Under the pieces are notes generated by a model. That model was not told where the DNA came from, made no database searches, and saw only the letters and a program-made list of their open reading frames with translations. The position numbers were made by a program, and so were the translations under genes. DNA of 64,000 nucleotides from an uncultured Gammaproteobacteria bacterium (GTDB lineage: Bacteria > Patescibacteriota > Microgenomatia > Levybacterales > UBA12049): positions 22,488 to 86,487 of the forward strand of contig CAYQEJ010000005.1 of assembly GCA_964416505.1 (NCBI GenBank), in the 5' to 3' direction. Of the stretch, positions 47,545 to 57,305 are shown in pieces (the stretch's first letter is position 1; every line of letters begins with the position of its first letter).

Positions 47545-48477
47545 ATGAAAAAAGCATTATTTTTATTATCTCTAATTTTTCTCAGCCCTACCAAGGCTAA
47601 CGCTCAAGAAATCTCAGTCGGTGTCGATCCTGCAATTATCCAAATAAACGCGGAGGCTCCTTCATTAGTCAAAAGCCCTTTAAGCGTAATCAACAATTCA
47701 GATCAAAATATAACATATAGTATATTTCTACTTCCTTTTAAGCCTGGTTCCGGCCAAAATGGCCAACCAGATTTTGACATAAATTTAAAAGATGAATACA
47801 AAGATATTTTTAAGAAAATACAAATTTCCGATGAAAACCAAGATCTTACGCAGATAGATCTTGCTCCAAAACAAAGAAAAGATCTCACACTTTCCATCAG
47901 GCTTCCACAAGGCGAAAAACCCAAAGACTATTACTTTTCTGTGATTTTCGTATCTGAAAACATTGATGAAAAAAATAACCAAAGCATAATTGGAGCACGT
48001 GCAGGAATCGGGGCAAACGTGCTACTGTCTGTTGGCCCAAAGTCACCCACTAAAGGCGAGATTAGCTATTTCAAAGCTAAAAAATTTATCACAAAAGGGC
48101 CAGTTGATTTCGATATAAATATATATAACAAAAGCAATCACTATATAACACCCGAAGGAAATCTAATCATAAAAAACATCTTCGGACAAACCGTAGGAAA
48201 CATAAATCTAGAACCAGTAAATGTACTTGCAAATTCAAGCAGATTGATGAAATCAAAAGAAAGCAGCACTGATTCTCCAAAAGTCGTATGGAACGAAAAA
48301 TTTCTTTTCGGTATTTATAAGACCGAGCTAAGCATAGCTCTATCAGATGAAGGACCACTACTAAAACAAACTAAAACCTTTTTCGCATTTCCTCTAGAAC
48401 TCATCCTAGGATCTCTTGTCGCCCTCCTACTCACCCTAGGAATAATTAAAAGAGCTAGAGCTAAAAATAATGACTAG
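47545..48477 (+). CDS. Hypothetical secreted protein with C-terminal TM anchor and basic tail
   Basis: Signal peptide. C-terminus FPLELILGSLVALLLTLGIIKRARAKNND is sorting-signal-shaped but has no LPXTG. Confidence 0.45.
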   Translation: MKKALFLLSLIFLSPTKANAQEISVGVDPAIIQINAEAPSLVKSPLSVINNSDQNITYSIFLLPFKPGSGQNGQPDFDINLKDEYKDIFKKIQISDENQDLTQIDLAPKQRKDLTLSIRLPQGEKPKDYYFSVIFVSENIDEKNNQSIIGARAGIGANVLLSVGPKSPTKGEISYFKAKKFITKGPVDFDINIYNKSNHYITPEGNLIIKNIFGQTVGNINLEPVNVLANSSRLMKSKESSTDSPKVVWNEKFLFGIYKTELSIALSDEGPLLKQTKTFFAFPLELILGSLVALLLTLGIIKRARAKNND

Positions 48478-49259
48478 TAACCCAAAAACCAGCTATGGTG
48501 CTCCGGCTTTAACTGCTTCTGTTTTTTAATTTTTCTACCAGACATCCATTTCTTCAACTTCTTGTACATAAGTATAATAATTAGGATAAATATTGCCAAA
48601 ACAATGAAAACGAAAAACATAATAAATATTAAGTTCTGCTTGATTACTTCTAAGCTTGAGATTGATTCAAGATCTTTAGTCCTTGTAGGCTTCTCCGAAT
48701 CTTTCTTTTCATAGTTGGCTGTTGCAAAAAGACTATATTTTCCTGCAGATAGATCCGTTATCTCTGATTTATAATATCCATTCAAATCAGTAAGTACTTG
48801 AATTTTGATATCTTTCGATATATTTACATACACTTTAGCGTTAGGCATTGAATAACCAGAAGCAACTACTGTCGAACCAGGCGTAAGCTTCTTTCCTGAA
48901 AGTCCAAGAGTTGGCGGAAGAAAAACACCATTCTTTTCAAAATCTTTCTTAAGAGGTTCTATCTTAAAACAAGTATAGGAGTCTCCAATCTTCTTTATAT
49001 CTACCACTTCAAAGCAAAAATCAGAAAAACCATCATTTACTAATACTTTCTGTATCAGAAAATTGCCTTTTTGATCAGCTACAGTAGATGCCAAAAAAGT
49101 AGAATCATTACTCATAACAATCGAAGCAAAAGGAGAAGCTATACCACTCACTGAAAAATAATAACTTCCAACCGATGCCTTTATCTGTGTAGATTGAGCA
49201 TTTGCGAAACTTACAAACGAAAGAAAAATTGCACTAAAAATTAAAAAAACCTTCATCAA
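48474..49259 (-). CDS. Hypothetical secreted protein with C-terminal TM anchor and Lys-rich tail
   Basis: Signal peptide. Beta-sandwich-like composition. C-terminal TM followed by KKLKKWMSGRKIKKQKQ. Confidence 0.45.
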   Translation of the reverse strand: MMKVFLIFSAIFLSFVSFANAQSTQIKASVGSYYFSVSGIASPFASIVMSNDSTFLASTVADQKGNFLIQKVLVNDGFSDFCFEVVDIKKIGDSYTCFKIEPLKKDFEKNGVFLPPTLGLSGKKLTPGSTVVASGYSMPNAKVYVNISKDIKIQVLTDLNGYYKSEITDLSAGKYSLFATANYEKKDSEKPTRTKDLESISSLEVIKQNLIFIMFFVFIVLAIFILIIILMYKKLKKWMSGRKIKKQKQLKPEHHSWFLGY

Positions 49260-49637
49260 TATTTTTATATCAGAAAAATCATATTTTTAACAATGCAAAA
49301 CAGTAGCACTCTATTGATTTATTTGACAAAAATGACAGCTTAATTTAATTAACAAATTATTTTCACTAAATTCCTTATGAAAAATTATTTTTTCATAAAT
49401 ATGATAAAAAATCTCTACTTATGATTTTTCACAGAAAACAACACATGTCCAATAAATACATCAATATATATATAATCAAATCATTTTTTACGACTCTAGG
49501 ACCTTGACATACTAGTGTACACTCCAATATTCTAATTGTATGTCTAAAAATGTTTTCACAAGGGAAATAACCCGTATAATCCGTATAATCTTGAGGCTAA
49601 ACGTTAATTTTCCAATTTCATGACTCGGTAAATAAAT

Positions 49638-52600
49638 ATGAACCTATCTGCCCTTTTCAAAGAATACTTAAATAAACAAACCAATCCACCGTCCGGAATA
49701 ACAATTAAAAATTATATTTCTGATGTTAATAGATTTATTAGATGGTTCGAAGCTAAATTTAATTCAGAATTTATCCCTTCTGAAATAACTCCAAGCCTAT
49801 TAGAGCAATTCAAGTCTGAGAGCCTACAAAACTATTCAGCAAGCTCTGTAGATCGATCAGCCTCATCCCTTCGTAAATTTTTTAGTTTTTTAAAGCTAGA
49901 AGGCCAAATAAGCCATTCCCCTTTTGAGGTCAAAGAAGAAAGACGTGAAAATGATGATCCATGGAAAATAAGAGACTTCAAGAATCACCTATATGTTTTT
50001 GGGGCATCGCATCTTACTATAAAAAACTATATCATTGATGCTAAACAGTTTTTAACATGGGTTGATCTCGTTGTGAAAAACAATAAAGATTGGGATTTAA
50101 TAAACATCAGTACTTTTAGCAAGATTAACCCCCAACTGATAGAGGAATACAAAAATCGATTATTGAACGAAGCCCATCTTTCTCCTATATCTGTTAACAG
50201 AAAACTATCTTCGATTAGAAGATTTATATACTGGGCAATTCAAGAAGGACTTATAAATAACGATTCTGGTTTTGAAAACATATCTAACTCTCAGATTAAT
50301 CAAATTATAAATACAAATTCAGAAACAAATGATATCAATACACATCAAAACGACTCAGAAGAATTAAACAGTAATGATTACTCTAAAATTCCGCCTGTTA
50401 GACTTGCTCAAAAATTAAAAATTGGGTTAATCGGAATAATCGATTCCCTTATCACAGCTCCGGTAGCTCAAGCCTTAGAAAAAACAGATTCATTAGTCTG
50501 GAATATTAAAGGAAATCCTGTATTCAAGGAGAAAGTTAATCTGGAGAATAAAATCCCTGTTCCAAGCATAATAGATCCTAAAAAAATTAATAATATTCCT
50601 AAATCTTTTTATTCACCTACAACTCTTTCTACTGCAAGCTTTCCACTTCATAAAAAAATTTTGCACCATGCACGCAATTCAAGACCAAAATGGTACAAAA
50701 CATATCATTCCTATGCATTTGCATCATATTTACACTTTTCCATCCTTATGCTCTTTATTTCTATCATGGGATATTTTATATTCCAAACATTCAGCCCAAC
50801 AAAAGAACAACCGAGAACATTAGCAGCTCTACCCTCTTCTCCACCTCGAATACTTTCTTTTCAAGGAAGACTAACTGATTCATCCGATAGTCCTATCACC
50901 AAAAAGACTAACTTAAGAATGTCTATATATAATAGCCCTACTTCTTCTGGATCAGCTTTATTATGGCAAGAAGTCGTAAGCCCTACGCCAGATTCTGAAG
51001 GAATATTTTCTATAATACTTGGCTCAAGCACTCCAATACCACAAAGCTTATTTGCTCAGAATAGCGGTCTATGGTTAGGCGTAACTGTTGAAGGAACTGA
51101 AGAATTAAAACCTAGACAACAATTAGCAACCGTAGCATATGCGAGCAATTCTGAAACTCTCCAAGGATTACCACCGATAACCAATACCACATCTACATCA
51201 AATGTAGTTCTTGCACTTAATTCTTCGGGAAATTTAACCATAGGCGGAACCGCCAGTCCAACTTTTCAAGCAACAGGCGGAACCTTCACGCTACTTGGAA
51301 AAACATTAGTACTTACAACGTCAAGCAACGGAAGCATAAAGCTCTCCCCCAATGGAATTGGTGTTATCGATATTCAGAAATCTATTCAAAACACATCGAA
51401 CAATGGTACGCTGGTTCCTGGATCTGTCACCATAGAAGACTTATTTTCCGTAATAGCCACATCATCCGGTCAAGCTGTATTAAATATTTCACAAGGTTCA
51501 TCTGGGGACCTAGTTATGGCTTCAACATCGGGCAATCTAAGATTTAGAATTGATAATGCTGGGAATCTTTTTGCAAATGGAACAATCAACGGACTTTCTG
51601 TTAATTCGGGGACTATTGACTCAGGAACATGGCATGGAGTAGAAATTGGAGCTCCATATGGTGGAACAGGACAAACTTCCTATACTACCGGAGACATGCT
51701 TTATGCAAGCGATTCAACTGTAATATCTAAGCTTGGAATTGGGTCAAATGGAAGCTGTCTCACTTCTAATGGAGTTGTTCCGACTTGGATTTCGTGCGTG
51801 ACCGCAAGTAATGGCGGAGGCTTATGGAATCAATCTGCAGGAGTTTTATTTCCAACCAACTCAACAGTAGATTTTTTAATCGGCGGACAATCCACAGAAT
51901 CAGCAAGATTTGCATTAACAAACATAAATGGGACACGTGGATCACAAGTAGCATCTCTATCAGGAAGCATAACTCTTGATTCTTCAACAGCTACTATCCA
52001 AACTACAAATAACCAAGATCTTAACTTAGGCGGCAACACTACTGGACTTATTAATATCAGGAATAATGCAGGATCTATTTTCACAACATTTGACACTGTC
52101 AACTCAAGAATTGGCCTAGGCACCACAAACCCAGGCTTTAATTTTGATCTAGTAAATAATTCAGGGGATGCGGCAATAAGACTCAAAGACTCAACTAATA
52201 ATCTTGAAGGAATAATCACGACAGGTGGGTCAACTCTAGATTTTGGATCCCTGACTAATCATCCTATTGTTTTGTATACCAATAATGATTCAAAGCTGAG
52301 ACTCAGTGCAAATGGTGGACTTTCATTGGGAACAATATATAGCGAAACAGATGCAAACTCGAATGATTTACTTGTTGAAGGAAATGTAGGAATTGGAACA
52401 ACAAGCCCTACGGCAAAACTAGATGTAAATGGAACTGCATCAATTTCAGGAGGATTAACCGTTTACGGAACTGCAAATATTCAATCATCAGAATTTAAAA
52501 CACTAATTTTTGGAGGAGATACGACAGGCAATCTAAATCTAGAAGCTGGATCGAGCGCAAACTCAGGATATGTCTTGATTGGATCTGCTGGTCAAGGAGG

Positions 52601-55600
52601 AGTAACTAATCCTGACTTTTTAGTGATAGATCAGGCTTCAGGTGCACTTCCAACTCCGGTAAATGGAGCATTAGCGATGGACTCAACTGGAAAATTTAAT
52701 ATTTATGAAAATGGCCAATGGAAAGTGCTATGTAATAAAACCGATGAAACTTGCGGAACTGGATCTGGATCTTCATTATCCGCAATTACACTCGCTACAG
52801 GAGGAAACACTATAAATAATGGTGATAATGCGCAAGCATGGAATTGGTCCATTTCGACAAATTCTAAGGCGGCTTTTACATTTGGGGAAAACTCTGCATC
52901 AACAGGAAGTAACTCAACTATTCTTAAAGTCTCGACCATTGCTAATTCTTCCGCCTCACCATTTCAAGTAGACGCACGCGGAAGTAGTGCTTTTAGCATT
53001 GGCAACACCGGATTGATAGGAATTAACACCACTTCCCCACTTGCTTCCTTAGACCTAAGGTCAAGATCTGGGACTCTTCCCACTGCCTCAATCTCTGGAT
53101 CTTCTTCAGCTGCAGGATTATTAATTGATCAATCAGGATCTGGAGACATTTTCGCAGCTTCAAAAGGAGGCACTACAAGATTCGTTATCACAAATGGTGG
53201 AAATATAGGAATTGGAAGCACAACTCCATCATCATCTTTATATGTAACACGTCCACTTTCATTTAGAGCTAATGGAAAAGCACTAGCAATTTTTGATCAA
53301 CTTGAATCAGGACAAGATATAATAACAGCTTCTCTATCTGGCGAGACTATGTTTTCCGTAAGAGGCAACAACACTAACGCAGGTATTGAGCTGGGACAAA
53401 TAGGCACATCTACTACTCCATACTTTGATTTTCACTCAGGCGCAACAGCAACCGATTATGATGCGAGGATTGTTGCATCAGGTGGAACGGGAGTTTCTGG
53501 TGGAGGAACCCTTCAAATTACTTCCGGAGGATTAACCTTAGCTGGACAATCCACTGTCACTGCAACATCTCTAACCACCTTCACTACGGCAGCGACACTC
53601 GGCATGACTTCAACTACTACTCTAAATTTAGGAAATAACGCAACTCTATCTTCAAATGCGACTGCCTTAAACCTAGAGGAAGATGGTGGTGTAGACGTAA
53701 ATATTGCCGGGACATCCAGCGGAACAGGGTGTACCATCACTAATTTAAATGGTAATTTTGCCTGCGCAGGTACTAGCACCTTCGCAACTGACGAAACCAT
53801 AAATGGAATAGATATTGACTCTGGTGCCATAAGTGATGTCTCAACATTAACCCTAGGATCTTCACTCTACTCGTCATCGGATCATATCTCAGTTTTAGAT
53901 AACAAAACAAACGATACCACATATGAATGGTTCGGATTCTACTCAGGAAGCACAAGACAAGGAATAATACTGTACGATGGCGCTTGGGCAGGCTGCGCGA
54001 ACTCCGCTACAGACTTTTGCGTAGTGGCTGAAAATAGCAACAGATTAGTCCTTCAGAGCGGAACTACAGAAGTTTACGTAAATGATAGCTTGACTACAGT
54101 TGGTGATTTAAATGTAGATGGCACCTCAAATGATATCGCAGGCACCTTAAATCTTTCAGGAAATACCCTTACCTCAAGCGGTGATCTAACAATAAATCCA
54201 ACTGGCGGAGATATAATATTTGGTGATGGAGACACAATCGCCTTAGGTGGAGTGGCAGCAGGATTAGCATATAATGCAATTTCAGATTCAGGAGGAGCAA
54301 CTGATCATGGACTTGCCTCAGATGATGATCTTTTTATTGAAGGAGATTTAGAAACAAATGGAGTTCTATATGCAGATGGAGGAATAGATACGGCATTTAC
54401 AGCGGGAAGTCTAGTTTTTGCGGGAACAAATGGACTACTTACACAAGATAATTCCAATTTATTTTGGGATGATACAGATAATAATTTAGGTATTGGCACT
54501 ACTTCAACCCCATCCGAATCAAACCTGGTTCTCGGTTCTCATTCCACCACTGAAGGCGGACAAATCCAGCTCAATCCAGGGTCATCTGGATCTGTGGCAT
54601 ATTTCCTGGATGTTTTTAACGACTCACTTAGATTTTTGACAGGAAATACAGGCGCAAGCTCTTCTACTATTGGACAATTAACAAGTAGCACATTTACGCT
54701 TAACACTCAGACTACCATAACAGCTTCAAGTCTTGCTAATTTCACTACAGCTTCCACCCTAACCTTTTCAGGCGACATAGGCGTTTCGGGAGGAGACATA
54801 ATAGGTACTACCGCAAACATAGATCTTGGAGAAGCTTTAGCGAATAGAATTAATTTAAGCGCAGATAACCCAGGCGGATATTTTGTTTTAGGATCAAATA
54901 TTAATTCAATCCTCGAGGCTGATAGCGATCTAGAGATAAATAATTACGGAGCTTCAAACACCATTAGGAAAACTTATATAACTAATAGCGGAACTACAAA
55001 TGGTATTAGGTTTGGAATTAACATAAGTAATCCTCAAGGAATGTTTCATGTAAGCGGAGATGCTGCTGGAAAAGCTCTTGCCATATTAAATCAAACAGGA
55101 ACAACTGATATATTATCCGCTTCTGTTTCAGGTGAATCTAAGTTCAGAATAACAAATACAGGATCTGTCATCACAGAAAATAATTTATACGTAGAATCAG
55201 GATTTATCTCCCTTTCCTCTGGAGGGTGGGAATACGGATTGCAAAATAATATTTCAGGAAGCGGATGTGCTGCGGATACAATCTGCTGGACCAAAATTGG
55301 AGATGCAAGCCCTGATAAAATGTCTCTTACAAATAACGGTAATTTAGTGACTCGCGGCACTATGACAGCAAGCAGTAATCCTGATATAGCAGAGACGATT
55401 AACATAGATGATCAATCTATTGAATCAGGAGATATAGTTTCCTCAAACAGTTACAATCCAGATGCAGAAAATCCTTATTACAAAGCAGTAGCAAGCAAAT
55501 CAAGCACTGAATATCAGCCATCTATGATTGGTATCATTTCCGAAGACCCATCCTTCCTAATAAGAACAAAAAGCAGTAAACCTATTTCAGACAAATGGGA

Positions 55601-57281
55601 AGAAAATGAAAGACCCATGGTAATCGCAGGTAGAATCCCGGTTAAAATTACCACAGCAAATGGAAATATTCGAGCTGGAGATCCTATCACCTCTTCAAAT
55701 ATCCCAGGAGTAGGCATGAAAGCGACAAAAGCTGGAAGAATAATTGGAATTGCACTCCAAGACTATTCAAATTCAGACACATCAAATGTGGGAAAAGTAT
55801 TAGTACTTCTTAATCCAACATGGCAGGATCCAGATGTTCAGATTGCTGACTCTGGCTATCTTTCTCTCGCACCTACCATTAATAATGATTTTGAAGTAAA
55901 GAGACAAACTGGCGAGACTATTTCAAGAATCGGCGCTTTTTCCGATCTAGTGGTAGCAAAAATCAAGGCTGGTTACTTAGAAGTAGGAAAAATTACGACT
56001 GAAACCCTACTTTCAGCTTCAGCAAACATATCTGAGCTTAGCACTGATTCATTGGCAATATCTACAGAAAATGTCACAATCGCAGGACAAACGTTAAGAA
56101 ATTACATCGCTTCAATTGTTGAGGATGTAGTAAGTCAAAATGAGGATACTATAATAGTAGCCCCAATTTTATCGACTGATGTTATTTCTCCAAAGACAGG
56201 AAATAATTTAGCTATAAAACTTAGGACAAATGATAAAAACTCTAAATTAGAAATTCAAAATGCTTCTGGTTCTGCAGTAGCATCTATTGACGCAGAAGGA
56301 AATGCATCTTTCTCAGGGCAAATATTAGCTTCGAATGTAAATGCAAACGACGCTTCTTTCTCAGGAACCTTAAGAGCAGGAAGAATAATTGCAGACAATA
56401 TTGAAGGACTTAATATAAATGCTTCAACAATTTCAGCAAATTATATTACCAATAACTACTATTATAGTACCCCGTCTGGATCTGAAAACACATCTTATCT
56501 AGCAAATAACCCAACTAGCTCCGGATCAGGAAGCTTTAATAATTTATTCGCTATGAGAGCTACTTTTGAACAAGGACTTATGGCATATGGCCCTGCAAGC
56601 TTCTATGAGGCATCAGTCGCAGATAGATTATTTGTTGGATCCAGATTGTCCTTAGCAGATTCAAGCATAAATGTTTTAGGTGGAGATTTAGAGCTCCAAT
56701 CCCTCAAACAAGGCGGAATAGCTTTCGTAGGAGGAGAAGTAAAAATTGATACCGATGGAAACTTGAGAGTTAACGGAAATGCTTATTTCGCAAAAGATTT
56801 AGAGATAAAAGGAGATTTATTCGCAAGCCTACTCTCCCCTCTTCCTGGTCGAGATTTTGTAATAAAACTTGGAAAACGTGATGAAAATGAAAGCGAAAAT
56901 CATGATTCATCATTTGTTATTAAAGACGCCAGCTCATCTGCGCTTCTTTCAGTTAACAATAAAGGTGACTTAAATGCTTCAGGAGCAGGAACATTTAACA
57001 AGCTAAATATAAGCTTAGTAAATAAGGCTCTTGCCCTCTCTCCAACTGAAGTTGTCGCTACAGGATCTGCTGGAACTGCAGAAATTTCACCAAATCGAGA
57101 AGAATTAACAATAAGAAATTCACTAGTTACTAAGGATTCTCTTATATATATTACTGCGAAAACTTCTACCTCCAACGAGAGCGTTTATCTCTTAAGGCAA
57201 GTTCCTGGAGAATCATTTACTGTGGGTATTTCTAGCCCAATCAACAAAAAAGTTCCTTTTAATTGGATTATAATTAATTAG
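49638..57281 (+). CDS. Giant protein (2547 aa): two N-terminal integrase SAM-like (core-binding) domains, TM helix, long Gly/Ser/Thr/Asn-rich repeat region, tail-fibre-chaperone-like segment
   Basis: Residues 1-100 and 110-210 each match the XerC/D-type N-terminal core-binding pattern (ITIKNYISDVNRFIRWFE...SVDRSASSLRKFFSFL and LTIKNYIIDAKQFLTWVD...SVNRKLSSIRRFIYWAI). TM at about residue 355-380. Then about 2100 aa of beta-helix-like repeats. Around nt 55380-55760, SMIGIISEDPSFLI...RPMVIAGRIPVKIT resembles the Peptidase_S74 intramolecular chaperone of phage tail spikes. Confidence 0.7.
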   Translation: MNLSALFKEYLNKQTNPPSGITIKNYISDVNRFIRWFEAKFNSEFIPSEITPSLLEQFKSESLQNYSASSVDRSASSLRKFFSFLKLEGQISHSPFEVKEERRENDDPWKIRDFKNHLYVFGASHLTIKNYIIDAKQFLTWVDLVVKNNKDWDLINISTFSKINPQLIEEYKNRLLNEAHLSPISVNRKLSSIRRFIYWAIQEGLINNDSGFENISNSQINQIINTNSETNDINTHQNDSEELNSNDYSKIPPVRLAQKLKIGLIGIIDSLITAPVAQALEKTDSLVWNIKGNPVFKEKVNLENKIPVPSIIDPKKINNIPKSFYSPTTLSTASFPLHKKILHHARNSRPKWYKTYHSYAFASYLHFSILMLFISIMGYFIFQTFSPTKEQPRTLAALPSSPPRILSFQGRLTDSSDSPITKKTNLRMSIYNSPTSSGSALLWQEVVSPTPDSEGIFSIILGSSTPIPQSLFAQNSGLWLGVTVEGTEELKPRQQLATVAYASNSETLQGLPPITNTTSTSNVVLALNSSGNLTIGGTASPTFQATGGTFTLLGKTLVLTTSSNGSIKLSPNGIGVIDIQKSIQNTSNNGTLVPGSVTIEDLFSVIATSSGQAVLNISQGSSGDLVMASTSGNLRFRIDNAGNLFANGTINGLSVNSGTIDSGTWHGVEIGAPYGGTGQTSYTTGDMLYASDSTVISKLGIGSNGSCLTSNGVVPTWISCVTASNGGGLWNQSAGVLFPTNSTVDFLIGGQSTESARFALTNINGTRGSQVASLSGSITLDSSTATIQTTNNQDLNLGGNTTGLINIRNNAGSIFTTFDTVNSRIGLGTTNPGFNFDLVNNSGDAAIRLKDSTNNLEGIITTGGSTLDFGSLTNHPIVLYTNNDSKLRLSANGGLSLGTIYSETDANSNDLLVEGNVGIGTTSPTAKLDVNGTASISGGLTVYGTANIQSSEFKTLIFGGDTTGNLNLEAGSSANSGYVLIGSAGQGGVTNPDFLVIDQASGALPTPVNGALAMDSTGKFNIYENGQWKVLCNKTDETCGTGSGSSLSAITLATGGNTINNGDNAQAWNWSISTNSKAAFTFGENSASTGSNSTILKVSTIANSSASPFQVDARGSSAFSIGNTGLIGINTTSPLASLDLRSRSGTLPTASISGSSSAAGLLIDQSGSGDIFAASKGGTTRFVITNGGNIGIGSTTPSSSLYVTRPLSFRANGKALAIFDQLESGQDIITASLSGETMFSVRGNNTNAGIELGQIGTSTTPYFDFHSGATATDYDARIVASGGTGVSGGGTLQITSGGLTLAGQSTVTATSLTTFTTAATLGMTSTTTLNLGNNATLSSNATALNLEEDGGVDVNIAGTSSGTGCTITNLNGNFACAGTSTFATDETINGIDIDSGAISDVSTLTLGSSLYSSSDHISVLDNKTNDTTYEWFGFYSGSTRQGIILYDGAWAGCANSATDFCVVAENSNRLVLQSGTTEVYVNDSLTTVGDLNVDGTSNDIAGTLNLSGNTLTSSGDLTINPTGGDIIFGDGDTIALGGVAAGLAYNAISDSGGATDHGLASDDDLFIEGDLETNGVLYADGGIDTAFTAGSLVFAGTNGLLTQDNSNLFWDDTDNNLGIGTTSTPSESNLVLGSHSTTEGGQIQLNPGSSGSVAYFLDVFNDSLRFLTGNTGASSSTIGQLTSSTFTLNTQTTITASSLANFTTASTLTFSGDIGVSGGDIIGTTANIDLGEALANRINLSADNPGGYFVLGSNINSILEADSDLEINNYGASNTIRKTYITNSGTTNGIRFGINISNPQGMFHVSGDAAGKALAILNQTGTTDILSASVSGESKFRITNTGSVITENNLYVESGFISLSSGGWEYGLQNNISGSGCAADTICWTKIGDASPDKMSLTNNGNLVTRGTMTASSNPDIAETINIDDQSIESGDIVSSNSYNPDAENPYYKAVASKSSTEYQPSMIGIISEDPSFLIRTKSSKPISDKWEENERPMVIAGRIPVKITTANGNIRAGDPITSSNIPGVGMKATKAGRIIGIALQDYSNSDTSNVGKVLVLLNPTWQDPDVQIADSGYLSLAPTINNDFEVKRQTGETISRIGAFSDLVVAKIKAGYLEVGKITTETLLSASANISELSTDSLAISTENVTIAGQTLRNYIASIVEDVVSQNEDTIIVAPILSTDVISPKTGNNLAIKLRTNDKNSKLEIQNASGSAVASIDAEGNASFSGQILASNVNANDASFSGTLRAGRIIADNIEGLNINASTISANYITNNYYYSTPSGSENTSYLANNPTSSGSGSFNNLFAMRATFEQGLMAYGPASFYEASVADRLFVGSRLSLADSSINVLGGDLELQSLKQGGIAFVGGEVKIDTDGNLRVNGNAYFAKDLEIKGDLFASLLSPLPGRDFVIKLGKRDENESENHDSSFVIKDASSSALLSVNNKGDLNASGAGTFNKLNISLVNKALALSPTEVVATGSAGTAEISPNREELTIRNSLVTKDSLIYITAKTSTSNESVYLLRQVPGESFTVGISSPINKKVPFNWIIIN

Positions 57282-57305
57282 TGCTACAATAGTCATAATT
57301 TCTTC

